From: an uncultured Actinomycetota bacterium
GTDB lineage: Bacteria; Actinomycetota; Actinomycetes; JAFAQI01
Direction: 5' to 3'
NCBI GenBank assembly: GCA_963770565.1
Contig: CAVYQE010000001.1
Coordinates: 192,001-256,000, forward strand
Length of the DNA: 64,000 bases
Under the pieces are notes generated by a model, which had not been told where the DNA came from, did no database searches, and worked only from the letters and a program-made list of their open reading frames with translations. Each line of letters begins with the position of its first letter. Position 1 is the first letter of the stretch. The translations under genes and the position numbers were made by a program. This document shows positions 11,073-20,954 of this stretch, one piece after another.

Positions 11073-12200
11073 ATGCACTCGCCGCTGGCCAAAACGCCGC
11101 TTTACGATTGGCACGCCGCCCACGGCGGGAAGCTGGTGGATTTCGCCGGCTGGTCGATGCCCGTGCATTATGGCTCGATCGTGGCCGAGCATCGGGCGAC
11201 GCGCGCCGCCGCCGGGCTGTTCGACGTCTCGCACATGGGCCGGCTGAGATTCGCGGGCCCGGGCGGAGGAGAGTTTCTCGAATCGCTCCTGACCCGCCGC
11301 GTCGCCGACATGGCGATCGGGCAGATTCGCTATGCGCTGGTGACGAACGACGCCGGGGGCATTCTCGACGACGTGCTCGTCTATCGGCTCGCGGATTCCG
11401 GCGCCACGCCGCTGCATCTGCTGGTCGTCAATGCCAGTAACCGCCATAAGATTCTCAATTGGGTCCGGTTTCGCTTGTCGGGCCGCTACGACGTGCTGCT
11501 CAACGACGTAACGTCCGATACGGCCATGATCGCCCTGCAAGGGCCGCTGGCGCTCGAACTGGCCCAGCCGCTGGTGTCGGCCGAACTCGCCGCCATCAAG
11601 TATTATCATGGACAGCCGGCCGAAGTGGCCGGCCAGCGGACCATCGTCAGCCGCACGGGCTATACGGGCGAGGACGGCATCGAACTGATCGTTCCCGCCG
11701 CCGCCGCGGTCGGCATCTGGGAAAAGCTGCTGGCCGCCGGGAAAGACCGCGGGGTGCTGGCCGCCGGCCTGGGGGCTCGCGACACGCTGCGGCTCGAAGC
11801 GGCGATGCCGCTCTACGGCCATGAACTTTCGGAAACGATCGATCCGCTCGAGGCCGGGCTCGGGTTTGCCGTCAATTTGGAAAACCGGATGTTTCCCGGC
11901 CGCGATGCGCTGGCCAAGATCAAGCAAGCGCCGTTGCCGCGGGTGCGCATCGGGCTGGAACTTTCGGGCAAGCGCGTCCCGCGCGAGCATTATCCGATCG
12001 TCGGCGGCGCCGCCGCTACGAGCCCTGCGATCGGGGAAGTGACCAGCGGCACGTTTTCGCCGACGTTCGACCGCCCGATCGCGATGGGCTACGTGCAGCC
12101 CGATCGGGCCGAGCCGGGGTCGGAACTGTTCGTCAACGTGCGGGGGCAGGCCGAGCCGGCGCGCGTCGTGAAGCTGCCCTTTTATCGCCGCAAATCGTAA
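11073..12200 (+). CDS. gcvT: Glycine cleavage system aminomethyltransferase T
   Basis: KTPLYDWH, FAGWSMPVHY, GLFDVSHMG, SRTGYTGEDG, GLGARDTLRLEA. Confidence 0.97.
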   Translation: MHSPLAKTPLYDWHAAHGGKLVDFAGWSMPVHYGSIVAEHRATRAAAGLFDVSHMGRLRFAGPGGGEFLESLLTRRVADMAIGQIRYALVTNDAGGILDDVLVYRLADSGATPLHLLVVNASNRHKILNWVRFRLSGRYDVLLNDVTSDTAMIALQGPLALELAQPLVSAELAAIKYYHGQPAEVAGQRTIVSRTGYTGEDGIELIVPAAAAVGIWEKLLAAGKDRGVLAAGLGARDTLRLEAAMPLYGHELSETIDPLEAGLGFAVNLENRMFPGRDALAKIKQAPLPRVRIGLELSGKRVPREHYPIVGGAAATSPAIGEVTSGTFSPTFDRPIAMGYVQPDRAEPGSELFVNVRGQAEPARVVKLPFYRRKS

Positions 12201-12290
12201 CGGCGGCGCAAGATCGTCGCCCGGCGGCGCGGTTTTTTTGCCACGAAGAGCATAACCCTCAGCAACACACGACCTCCGAGGTTCGAACCC

Positions 12291-12693
12291 ATGAAACCCG
12301 AACAATTGCTCTACGCCAAAACGCATGAATGGGTCGCGATCGAGCCCGCTGCGAGCGGCGAGAAGGTCGCGACGATCGGCGTCTCGGCCTTCGCCGTCGA
12401 ATCGCTCACCGATCTGGTCTTCATGCAGCTTCCCGAAGTCGGCCGCCAGGTGACGCGCCGGCGAAGCGTTCGGCGAGATCGAGTCGGTCAAAGCGGTCAG
12501 CGATCTGTACAGCCCCGTGACCGGACAGGTGATCGCCGTGAACGACGCGCTGCCGAACAAACTGGAAACGCTCTCGAGCGACCCCTTCGGCGCGGGCTGG
12601 ATCGCAAAAATCAAGATCACCGACGACGCCTCGCTCCAAGGGCTGATGGACTTCACGGCCTATCAAAAGCAGTGCGCGGAAGAAGCGCACTGA
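12291..12693 (+). CDS. gcvH: Glycine cleavage system H protein (frameshift near 12460)
   Basis: YAKTHEWV, LTDLVFMQLP; after the shift FGEIESVKAVSDLYSPVTG (lipoyl Lys), SDPFGAGWIAKI. Confidence 0.95.
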
Positions 12694-12743
12694 CTCCAAG
12701 CCCATCGACGGAATCGCAGTCCTCGCTTTCGAAGGACTTCATT

Positions 12744-14078
12744 ATGCGCCTGAAGGAAATCGGCATAAACAAGCTGTTTCGGTTGTTCGATTACCGAATT
12801 CCGCTGAACATGAACGATCGAATCACCATCATTCACGGGCCGAACGGCTACGGAAAGACGGCGATTCTCCGCCTGACGGCCGGGCTGCTCGACGGCCGAT
12901 ACTCCGCCTTGCGCCAATTGCCTTTCGAATCGCTTTCTCTGACGTTTGACGATGAATCGATATTAACCGTCACAAGGGAAGATAGTATCCAACACAACGG
13001 CAACCGCGCTCGTCGCCCGGTGCTTACCCTGCAGTATCCGCCGCATCGCTCGTTCAGGATCCCGGAATCGGTTTCCGCCGATCGACAATTGCCGTTTCCG
13101 CTGTCCGCAATCGATTCGATGATTCCCGAACTGGAGCGCGTCGGCCCGCAGCAATGGGTCGTTTTATCCACGGATGAGATTCTCGATTTGGAGGAATTGC
13201 TGCTCCGATATTCCGACACACTTCCGATCGAGCCCGGAACGTGGTCGAAGACGCCTGAATGGTTGATGGAACTTCGGGCGTCGATCCCCGTCCATCTCAT
13301 TCAAGCCAATCGCCTCGAGCGTCTTGACGACTCGGTGCCGCCGCGTTGGCCTCTCTCGGAACGCCGGTTCAGGCCGGTCACGGCGGTCGCAAAATACTCG
13401 GCCGAACTCGCATCGCGCATCCAGCAAACGCTCGCGCAATACGCCGCCCTCTCGCAATCGCTGGATCGCTCCTTTCCGCAAAGACTGGTCGGCGCCCCCG
13501 GTCAACCCCAGCTAGAGCGCACGCTGATCAATCAACGGCTTTCCGAATTGGAGAACAAGCGCACTCGGTTGACCGAGGCGGGCCTTCTCGACAAAGAAGA
13601 AAAGTCGCATTTCGATCTACCGTCGTCGTTCGACGAATCGAAAATCGACGTGCTGTCGGTGTATATCGCCGACGCGGAAAAGAAATTGGCCGTATTCGAC
13701 GACCTGTTCCGGAGAATCAGCCTGTTCAAGTCGATTATCACGCCGCGGTTTGCGTATAAATCCATCGCCATGAACAAAGACGACGGTTTTGTGTTCGAAA
13801 CGCGCGACGGACAAGTCTTGGCTCCGACTGGCCTCTCGACGGGCGAGCAACATGAAATCGTGTTGCTCTACGAATTATTGTTCAAGGTCGAGCCCAACTC
13901 GTTGATTCTGATCGACGAGCCGGAAATCTCGCTGCATGTCGCCTGGCAGGAGCAGTTTTTGAGCGACATCGAACAGATTACCGAAATCTCTCGATTCGAC
14001 GTGCTGATTGCCACGCATTCGCCGCAAATCATCAGCAATCGGTGGGACTTGACCGTGAAACTCAAGGGTCCGAAATGA
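12744..14078 (+). CDS. ABC/AAA_15-AAA_21-type ATPase, PARIS AriA-like
   Basis: Walker A GPNGYGKT, signature LSTGEQ, Walker B ILIDEPEISLH, H-loop IATHSP; ATGA-coupled to the downstream TOPRIM gene. Confidence 0.85.
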   Translation: MRLKEIGINKLFRLFDYRIPLNMNDRITIIHGPNGYGKTAILRLTAGLLDGRYSALRQLPFESLSLTFDDESILTVTREDSIQHNGNRARRPVLTLQYPPHRSFRIPESVSADRQLPFPLSAIDSMIPELERVGPQQWVVLSTDEILDLEELLLRYSDTLPIEPGTWSKTPEWLMELRASIPVHLIQANRLERLDDSVPPRWPLSERRFRPVTAVAKYSAELASRIQQTLAQYAALSQSLDRSFPQRLVGAPGQPQLERTLINQRLSELENKRTRLTEAGLLDKEEKSHFDLPSSFDESKIDVLSVYIADAEKKLAVFDDLFRRISLFKSIITPRFAYKSIAMNKDDGFVFETRDGQVLAPTGLSTGEQHEIVLLYELLFKVEPNSLILIDEPEISLHVAWQEQFLSDIEQITEISRFDVLIATHSPQIISNRWDLTVKLKGPK

Positions 14079-14941
14079 TGGAGGAATCGATCAATGGATA
14101 TACGCTTGCCAACACGATCCGCATGTGGCGCAATCAATACGACGGGTCGTTTTTCCTTGTCGAGGGGACCAGTGATGAGGTGTTCTTCCGATTCATCGTG
14201 GACCACGAAGCGTGCCGGATTCTCATCGGACACGGCAAGCACAATGTCGTTGACGCGATCCGCATCTTGAACGGCGACGGCTTCGACGGTGCGCTCGGTG
14301 TCGTCGATGCCGATTTCGCTCGCATCGAGCGACAGTCCGAACCGGGTGAGAACCTTTTTATGACGGAGCACCACGACTTGGAATGCCTCCTCTGCGCTTC
14401 GCCATCGCTCGACCGAGTCGTCGCGGAATTCGGTTCGGCCGAGCGCGTGGAAGCCTATACGGCAATGCACGGGCCACTGCTGGGAACTGTTCTTGCCCGA
14501 AACGCGATGCCGATCGGCGCGCTTCTTTTCATTTCACTCGGACAGGATCTTGGTTTCGATTTCGAAGATCTGGCGTTTGGGAAGTTCGTCGATCCCGGCA
14601 CGCTGCAAGTCAACGTTCGTGCCATGGTCAAGGTGGTGCTCGACAAAAGCAGGAAACATGACATCGATGCGCAATCGCTCGTGCCCCGAATCGAGGAATG
14701 CTGCCAGGGCGTGAACGATCCTTGGCAGATCTCGCGGGGACACGATATGATTTGCTTGCTGTCGATCGGATTGGAGAAGGCTCTGGGCGCGAAAGCGAGG
14801 CAACGCATCGCGCCGAAGGTCTTGGAACGGGCCTTGCGATTGGCGTATCACGTGGTGGATTTCCGCGATACGACTCTGTATTTGCAAATCGTCGGCTGGG
14901 AATCGCTCCACACGCCGTATAAGATTCTCGGTGAATCCTGA
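14075..14941 (+). CDS. DUF4435/TOPRIM-like nuclease, PARIS AriB-like
   Basis: LVEGTSD and GVVDADF TOPRIM acidic motifs, HDLE, RGHD. Confidence 0.8.
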   Translation: MMEESINGYTLANTIRMWRNQYDGSFFLVEGTSDEVFFRFIVDHEACRILIGHGKHNVVDAIRILNGDGFDGALGVVDADFARIERQSEPGENLFMTEHHDLECLLCASPSLDRVVAEFGSAERVEAYTAMHGPLLGTVLARNAMPIGALLFISLGQDLGFDFEDLAFGKFVDPGTLQVNVRAMVKVVLDKSRKHDIDAQSLVPRIEECCQGVNDPWQISRGHDMICLLSIGLEKALGAKARQRIAPKVLERALRLAYHVVDFRDTTLYLQIVGWESLHTPYKILGES

Positions 14942-14989
14942 GACAGACACGCGGCTATGCCGAATGCCCCCGGGAACGTGTCAACAGAT

Positions 14990-15042
14990 TCGTGGGATGG
15001 CTCTCCCGAGCCCTCGCGTCGGCTCGGGAGAGCCGCCCTACA
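14990..15042. repeat. REP-like palindrome
   Basis: ggctctcccgagcc ... ggctcgggagagccgccctac; related copies at 37389-37437 and 37662-37686. Confidence 0.75.
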
Positions 15043-15079
15043 AACAAGTGTTTCGCCGATTACGACTCAAGAGACCGAA

Positions 15080-16454
15080 ATGGGATACATCCTCAACACT
15101 CCTGAAGATCAGCGGGCGATGCTCGCGGCGATCGGGGCCGCGTCGCTGGATGATTTGTTCGCGAAGATTCCCGCCGAATTGCGGCTCGGTCGCGCGCTGA
15201 ACATCCCCCCCGCGCTCTCGGAGATCGAGTTGGCCGCTCACATGAGCGACTTGGCTGCCCAGAATGTGGCGGCGGGGGAGAAGGTCTGCTTTCTCGGCGG
15301 GGGGAGCTACGACCATTTCGTGCCCGCCGTGGTCGATTACGTCGCCTCGCGCGGCGAGTTTTACACGTCGTACACCCCCTATCAGCCGGAAGCCAGCCAG
15401 GGCAACTTGCAGGCCTTCTTCGAGTATCAGACGCTCATCGCCGAGCTGACCGGCATGGACGTCTCGAACGCCAGCCTGTACGACGGCGGCAGCGCGGCGG
15501 CCGAAGCCGTGCTGATGAGCATCTCGACCACCCGGCGGCACGGCCGCGTGGTCGTCGCCGCGCAGCGTCCATCCCGAATACCGCCAGGTGATCGCCACCT
15601 ATCTGGCGAATCTCGGCGTGGAATTGGTCACCGTCGGCACGCCGGAGGGCACCGTCGCCCCCGACGAATTGGCCCGCGCCATCACCGACGACACGGCCTG
15701 CGTGCTCATCCAACAACCCAACTTTTTCGGCTGCCTCGAAGCGGCCGATGCGCTGGCGCAAGCGACCCACGAGCGCGGAGCACTGTTGGTCGTGGCCGTC
15801 GATCCGATCAGCCTCGGCCTGCTCAAGCGGCCGGGAGATTACGGGGCCGACATCGTCGTGGCCGAGGGGCAATCGCTGGGCACGCCGATGCAATTCGGCG
15901 GACCGTACTTGGGCATTATGGCTTGCAGCGAGCAATTCGTCCGCCGCATGCCGGGGCGGATCGCCGGGCAAACGGTCGATCGCCGCGGCAAACGCTGCTG
16001 GGTGCTCACGCTGCAAACCCGCGAGCAGCACATCCGCCGCGAAAAAGCCACCAGCAACGTCTGCACCAATCAGGGCTTGTTCGCGCTGCGTGCCACGGTG
16101 TATTTGGCCGCCCTGGGCCCGCAAGGGATGCGCGAGCTGGCCGAATCGTGCCTGCGCAAAGCCCATTATGCCGCGGGGCAACTCACCCGCGGCCGCCGGT
16201 TCACTATGCCCTTCGATCGGCCGACGTTCAAGGAATTCGTCGTCCGCGACGCGGCCGGCGGGATCGACGAGCTGATCTCGGCCGGGCTCGAGGCGGGCCT
16301 TTTTGTCGGGGTGCCGCTGGAACGCTGGTATCCCGAACTCGCCGATTGCCTGCTCGTTTGCGTGACGGAGAAGCGGACCCGCGCCGAGATCGATGCACTG
16401 GCTGCTTTTGCGGCTCACCATCAACCTCGAATTCGTGCAACAGTGTCAGTTTGA
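15080..16454 (+). CDS. gcvPA: Glycine dehydrogenase subunit 1 (frameshift near 15565)
   Basis: FLGGGSYDHFVP, FYTSYTPYQPEASQG, NASLYDG, LQTREQHIRREKATSNVCTNQ. Confidence 0.96.
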
Positions 16455-16465
16455 AGGTGGGCGCA

Positions 16466-17287
16466 TGGCACTGGCAAGCGCAGTCTGCCAGTGCCGACCT
16501 GCGCGTTGGGGTGGAACTCCGCTGTCAATGACGCATCGAAAGAGTATTGGCGAGGGATGCTGTCTGCAACTGGGGTCAACTCGGTTTTCGAACCGATACC
16601 GGTGGACTTTGCTTGCCGGGATGGTTGGTGAATTAGGGCGTGAGAAGCGCCGACGACGCCACTGGCAGACTGCGCTTGCCAGTGGCACGCGAGGTTGGTT
16701 GGTGAGTTTAGGGCTTGAGAAGTGCCGAGGACGCCACTGGCAGACTGCGCTTGCCAGTGGCACACGGGGTTGGTTAGTGAGTTAGGGCTTGAGAAGTGCC
16801 GAGGACGCCACTGGCAGACTGCGCTTGCCAGTGGCACGCGAGGTTGGTCGGTGAGTTAGGGCTCGAGAAGTGCCGAGGACGCCACTGGCAGACTGCGCTT
16901 GCCAGTGGCACACGAGGTTGGTTGGTGAGTTTAGGGCTTGAGAAGTGCCGAGGACGCCACTGGCAGACTGCGCTTGCCAGTGGCACACGAAGTTGGTCGG
17001 TGAGTTAGGGCTTGAGAAGTGCCGAGGACGCCACTGGCAGACTGCGCTTGCCAGTGGCACACGAAGTTGGTCGGTGAGTTAGGGCTCGAGAAGTGCCGAG
17101 GACGCCACTGGCAGACTGCGCTTGCCAGTGGCACACGAAGTTGGTCGGTGAGTTTAGGGCTTGAGAAGTGCCGAGGACGCCACTGGCAGACTGCGCTTGC
17201 CAGTGGCACACGAGGTTGGTTGGTGAGTTGGGGCTTGAGAAGTGCCGAGGACGCCACTGGCAGGCTGCGCTTGCCAGTGGCACACGA
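16466..17287. repeat. REP/BIME-like array: 9 tandem 74-75-bp units with hairpin GCCACTGGCAGACTGCGCTTGCCAGTGGC plus one inverted copy
   Basis: Hairpin cores at ~16658, 16733, 16807, 16881, 16956, 17030, 17104, 17179, 17253; inverted copy ~16467-16495. Confidence 0.95.
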
Positions 17288-17320
17288 CCCGATTGTTGCA
17301 TGCCAAGGGATCTATGAATT

Positions 17321-18788
17321 ATGCGTAACACCCGCGCGACGCAACTGCTGTTCGAACTTTCCAAACCGGGCCGCCGGGCGATGCGGATTCCCGCGAGCGA
17401 CGTCCCCGACGTGCCGCTCGACGCGCTGCTTCCCGCGGCGCACCGCGCGAAGACGCTCCCGCCGCTGCCGGAACTCGCCGAGCCGGATATCGTGCGGCAT
17501 TTCACCAATCTCTCGACGCAGAACATGTCGGTGGATACCCACTTCTATCCGCTCGGCTCCTGCACGATGAAGTACAATCCCAAGCGGAACGAGCGGTGCC
17601 GCGGCTCGCCGGGCATCGCCGATCTGCATCCCTATCAGCCCGAGGAGACGCTGCAAGGGATGCTGCAACTGCTGTTCGAAATGCAGCAGATTCTCATCGA
17701 GATTTCGGGCCTCGACGCCGCTTCGCTTCAGCCGGCCGCCGGGGCGCACGGCGAATTGACGGCCCTGATGGTCGCCGCGGCCTATTTCCGCGATCGGGGA
17801 GAGCGGCGCACCAAGGTGCTCGCTCCCGACAGCGCTCACGGCACCAATCCGGCCAGCGCCGCCATGGCCGGCTTCGACGCGGTCACCGTGAAGAGCAATC
17901 CGCAAGGGCAGGTCGATCTCGACGACCTGCGCGGCGAAGCTCGACGAGCAAGTGGCCGTGTTCATGATCACCAATCCCAACACGCTCGGGATGTTCGAGC
18001 GGCAAGTGCGGCAGATCGCCGACAAGGTGCATGCCCAGGCGGCGCTGATCTATCTCGACGGAGCCAACATGAACGCCATTCTGGGGATCACGCGCCCGGG
18101 CGATTTCGGCGCCGACATGATGCACTTCAATCCGCACAAGACGTTCAGTGGCCCACACGGCGGCGGCGGGCCGGGAGCGGGGCCGATCACAGTGCGGAGC
18201 CGGCTCGAGCCCTATCTGCCGTCGCCCATCGTCGAGCGCGTCGGCGAGCGTTACCGGCTGGCTTACGACCGGCCGAAGTCGATCGGCCAGGTGCGGAGCT
18301 TTTTCGGCAACGTCGGCGTGTTGGTGCGGGCCTATTGCTACATTCGCACCTACGGACCGGCCGGGTTGAAGAGCGTGGCGGAAAACGCCGTGCTCAACGC
18401 CAATTATCTGTTGAGCCGCGTGAAGCACATTTTGCCCGTGCCGCACGGAGATCGCTGCCTGCACGAATTCGTCGCCACCGCGGCGAAGCTCAAGGCCGAG
18501 CGCGGCGTCTCGGCGATGGATTTGGCCAAGCGGCTGTTGGACTACGGCTTCCACGCCCCAACGGTTTACTTTCCGCTCACGGTCAAAGAGTCGCTGATGA
18601 TCGAGCCGACGGAGACGGAAAGCAAGGAGACGCTCGACGCCTTCGCCGAAACATTGTTTCGCATCACCGAGGAATCGCCCGAGCTGCTGCACGAGGCGCC
18701 GCACACCACGCCGATCAGCCGTCCGGACGAAGTGCTCGCCGCGCGGCAACCGGTGCTGACTTGGTTGCGCGCGGGGCAACAGAAGTAG
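17321..18788 (+). CDS. gcvPB: Glycine dehydrogenase subunit 2 (frameshifted)
   Basis: FYPLGSCTMKYNP, LQPAAGAHGE, PDSAHGTNPASA, HFNPHKTF (PLP Lys), IEPTETESK. Confidence 0.96.
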
Positions 18789-18841
18789 CAGACCTAGTCG
18801 ATCTCCCGCGCCAGACGACGAGAATCCGCGCTGCGCTCACC

Positions 18842-19614
18842 ATGCCCTCTTTCCCTCCACTGGCCTGCCGCCGCTTGATTCATGGTCCCGCCGAGGGCAC
18901 CTGGAACATGGCTTGCGACGAAGCGCTGACTCGAATCGGCGGCCCACGACGGCGTCGCGACGCTACGGCTCTACGAATGGTCGGCGCCGACTTTGTCGCT
19001 GGGTTATTTTCAAGCGGCCGCCGACCGCCGGCGGCATCCGGCGAGTCTCGCTTGCCCGCTGGTCCGCCGAGCGAGCGGCGGCGGGGCGATTGTTCACGAC
19101 CGCGAGTTGACCTACAGCTTGGCGATCCCGAGCGACCAGCCGTGGGCCCGCGACGCCCGGCAGCTCTACTTCGCTACCCACGAAGCGCTGGCCGCGGCGC
19201 TCGGGGCTCTGGCCGTCGCCGCGCAGCTTCACCGCGCGCGGCGCCGCTGCCGACGACGACCGCATCCGCCGCGGAAGCCCCCTTTCTCTGCTTTCAGCGC
19301 CGCGCGCCCGGCGACCTGCTGATCGGCGATCGCAAAATCGCCGGCAGCGCTCAGCGCCGCGCGCGGGGGCAATCCTCCAGCACGGAAGCATCCTGCTCGC
19401 TCGATCGCGCGGTGCGCCGGAACTGCCGGGAATTGCCGAATTGTCCGGCCGGCAGATCGAATCTCGCGCGCTCGGCGCATTGTTGCTGACGGCTCTGGGC
19501 GAGCGCTTGAATCTGCAATGGGCCGGCACGGGGGACGAAGCCGTTCTCGCGCCGCGGATCGCGACGATCGCCCGCGAAAAGTACGCCGCGGCGGCTTGGA
19601 CTCGGCGGCGCTGA
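18842..19614 (+). CDS. Lipoate-protein ligase A-family protein (frameshifted)
   Basis: GTWNMACDEAL, TLSLGYFQ, VRRASGGGAIVHDRELTYS, RKIAGSAQRR, QHGSILL. Confidence 0.88.
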
Positions 19615-19775
19615 CTCCCGGCCACGGCGAGCGGGAGCTTCGCCGCGAAAGGGGTCGCGAGTCGATTTCGCCGACCAAGCGATCTGAAATGTGAACCGGC
19701 ATCATGGCGAAATCGACTCCCGACCCCATTTGGCAACGCCGGCCGGAAGATAAGCCGGTTCTCGGACAGCTACCT
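19615..19775. mobile_element. Degenerate copy of the AGGAGCCTGTCC-ended MITE family
   Basis: aaaggggtcgcgagtcgatttcgcc ... ggcgaaatcgactcccgacccc ... ccggttctcggacagct. Confidence 0.7.
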
Positions 19776-19792
19776 ACAGGTTTTGCAGGGCC

Positions 19793-20954
19793 TTATTGGA
19801 CCCGAGCCGCCGCCAGCGCCGCCAAGACGTCCCGCTGCGGCAGGCGCTCTTGCTCCAAGCGGAGCCGCTCGTCGCGGCAGCGCACGAAGGCGGCCCGCTC
19901 GCCGGCCGTGAGGTGCGGCGGCGGCGGACCGGTGAAGGAGTTGCCCGGGCCGGCGAGCGGCTCGAATTGCCGGAGCGTTTCCTCGTCCATCAGCAGGCTC
20001 CGGGCGTGAGGAAAGATGGCGCGAAAGTTCGACAGGATCAGCAACCCCTCCACGTCGAGATCGCCCCAATAGGTCAGCCGATTGTCGTCCAGCCAGCCGA
20101 TCGCCTGGAATTCGACGGCCGCGCTACCCCACGCCCCCCAGCGCAATTGCCCGCGGCACCCCAGGCAGCGTGAGCAGATTCACCTTGTTCTCGACGAGGA
20201 ACACCTGAGCGTCATGCACGGCCAAGGCCGCAAGCGCCGTGAGCGGCAGCGAAAGTTCCGCGAAAGGGGAGCCGCAGTTCGTCTTGCAGCTCCGGATCGA
20301 GCCAGCGGACGAGGAACTGCGGCTCGGCGTACCGCAACCCGTAGCGGCGCTCGAAATGCGTCTCTGCGGCCCGGATCGTGTGCGGCGGCAGCACCAAATC
20401 GAACCAGGCTCGCAGCACCCCCTGATGCCGCTCGATGAACTTCGTATCGACCGCCAGCGGCAATTCGCGGGCGAACAGCCCCGGCCGCGGATGGCGCGAC
20501 GAAATGCCGCAGCACCTCGATGAGTCCGTCGATCGCGGGGGCCGACTCGATCAGCGCGCGGCTGTTCGAGCGAATCCAATCGTCGAGAATCGGAAACTCC
20601 GTCCGCAATCGCTCGACGGCCGCGGCGAACCGCTCGAATTCGCGCTGCCGGCCGATCAGCCGCAGCAGGTCGTCGCGCGTTTCGAACAGAATCCGCTCGG
20701 GAAAGAGATTCCGGCCGTAGCCGGCGCGATTTCACCTCGCGCCACGCGACCGTATAACCGAAGCCGCGCTCGGCCTTCGAGCCTTCCCGCAGCAGCCGAA
20801 CGGCTTGGATCGCGGCGGCGAGATCGTCGGCGGCCAATCGCTTTTCGGCGGGCACCAGGTGCGGGAAAAACGTCTCGTTCCCCGCCAGCCAGGCCTGCAG
20901 CGCGTCGGGATAAAGCCGCTGGGCCTTCGCGCGGATTTCGTCGGGAGTGATCAT
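19793..20954 (-). CDS. jetD: Wadjet JetD (DUF3322 + DUF2220 Toprim nuclease), frameshifted
   Basis: MITPDEIRAKAQR, AVDTKFIERH, FERRYGLRY, VENKVNLLTLP, YWGDLDVEGLLIL, RLEQERLP. Confidence 0.9.

Noticed and set aside
3196-12656. Long antisense ORFs (e.g. 3196-4806, 8624-10120, 10266-12656)
   Set aside because: Shadow ORFs of high-GC codon usage opposite well-supported genes.
12291-14078. 595-aa GcvH-ATPase fusion ORF
   Set aside because: Produced by a frameshift in gcvH; the true gcvH C-terminus and stop (12693) are in another frame.
16640-17287. Second CRISPR array (74-bp period)
   Set aside because: The linkers are near-identical rather than unique spacers, so it is a tandem REP-like repeat.
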